64,000 nt of DNA from Lama glama. Its lineage: Eukaryota. Location of the stretch: positions 43,402,001-43,466,000 of the forward strand of contig CM052816.1 in NCBI GenBank assembly GCA_028534125.1, read 5' to 3'. Made by a program: the position numbers and the translations under genes. The notes below the pieces were generated by a model. That model searched no databases. It was given only the letters and a program-made list of their open reading frames with translations, and had not been told where the DNA came from. Numbering within the stretch: the first letter of the stretch is position 1; every line of letters begins with the position of its first letter. Below, in pieces: positions 63,651 through 64,000 of this stretch.

Positions 63651-64000
63651 TTAAGCAAAACTGGCTCATATAGTACTTGGCATATAATAGAAACACAGTA
63701 AATGTTTGGGTGAATGATTTATGTAGAACTGTTTTGTGTTTGAAACACTTCACAAGCCTTAAATATTCAAGTCAGGATGTGTCATTGTAGTGCTTTGGGC
63801 TCCGAAATCAGTGTGGGTTTTAAAAATTTTGTTTCTCTGTCCATGGTCAGTGACTTAGAAATGTGTCTGCTTGAGCACTATAGTCCTGATCTCATGTAAG
63901 GCAATGTTTGAGGCTGTTTTCAGGAAATAGTGTCGGTCAGCATCCTTGTGATAGCCACTCCACATGTGGGCCTCCTAACCTTTACCACCCATGGCTCCTG

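Larger units (their letters stand above)
1..64000 (+). other. Probable interior of a long intron of an unidentified large plus-strand gene
   Basis: No recognisable coding exon. All multi-kb L1s are on the minus strand, the antisense bias typical of introns. Visual T>A and G>C skew on the plus strand. Inference only. Confidence 0.6.

Noticed and set aside
1..64000. Naming the host gene; CRISPR or prokaryotic-type systems
   Set aside because: No identifiable exon to anchor a gene name; no repeat-spacer arrays or operon-like ORFs, and the sequence is clearly mammalian.

Overview
Mammalian genomic DNA, AT-rich and CpG-depleted. It is most likely camelid: it carries a tRNA-derived SINE resembling the camelid vic-1 type and camelid-like young L1 3' ends. 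I recognise no protein-coding exon, rRNA, tRNA gene or CRISPR array. The longer or protein-like ORFs in the track are decayed L1 ORF1/ORF2 pieces or microsatellite artefacts, and the rest look like chance frames. All long L1s lie on the minus strand and the plus strand looks T/G-rich, so the window is probably inside a long intron of a large plus-strand gene that I cannot name. Much of the window is interspersed repeat: L1 of several ages, L2, MIR, hAT-Charlie MERs and ERVL/MaLR solo LTRs, often nested. Two repeat-poor blocks (~33.0-36.6 kb, ~52.6-56.9 kb) look like constrained regulatory DNA. I found no convincing novel biological system. The best leads are an apparent L1 3' transduction (20.7-21.2 kb), a recursive-splice-site-like junction (17.79 kb), a CpG/motif-dense element with an antisense ATG and splice donor (54.5 kb), a homeobox-motif cluster (35.0 kb), two candidate short exons and an inverted pair of young L1 ends. 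Repeat family names come from my recall of consensus sequences, not a database search, and repeat boundaries are approximate unless TSDs are quoted.
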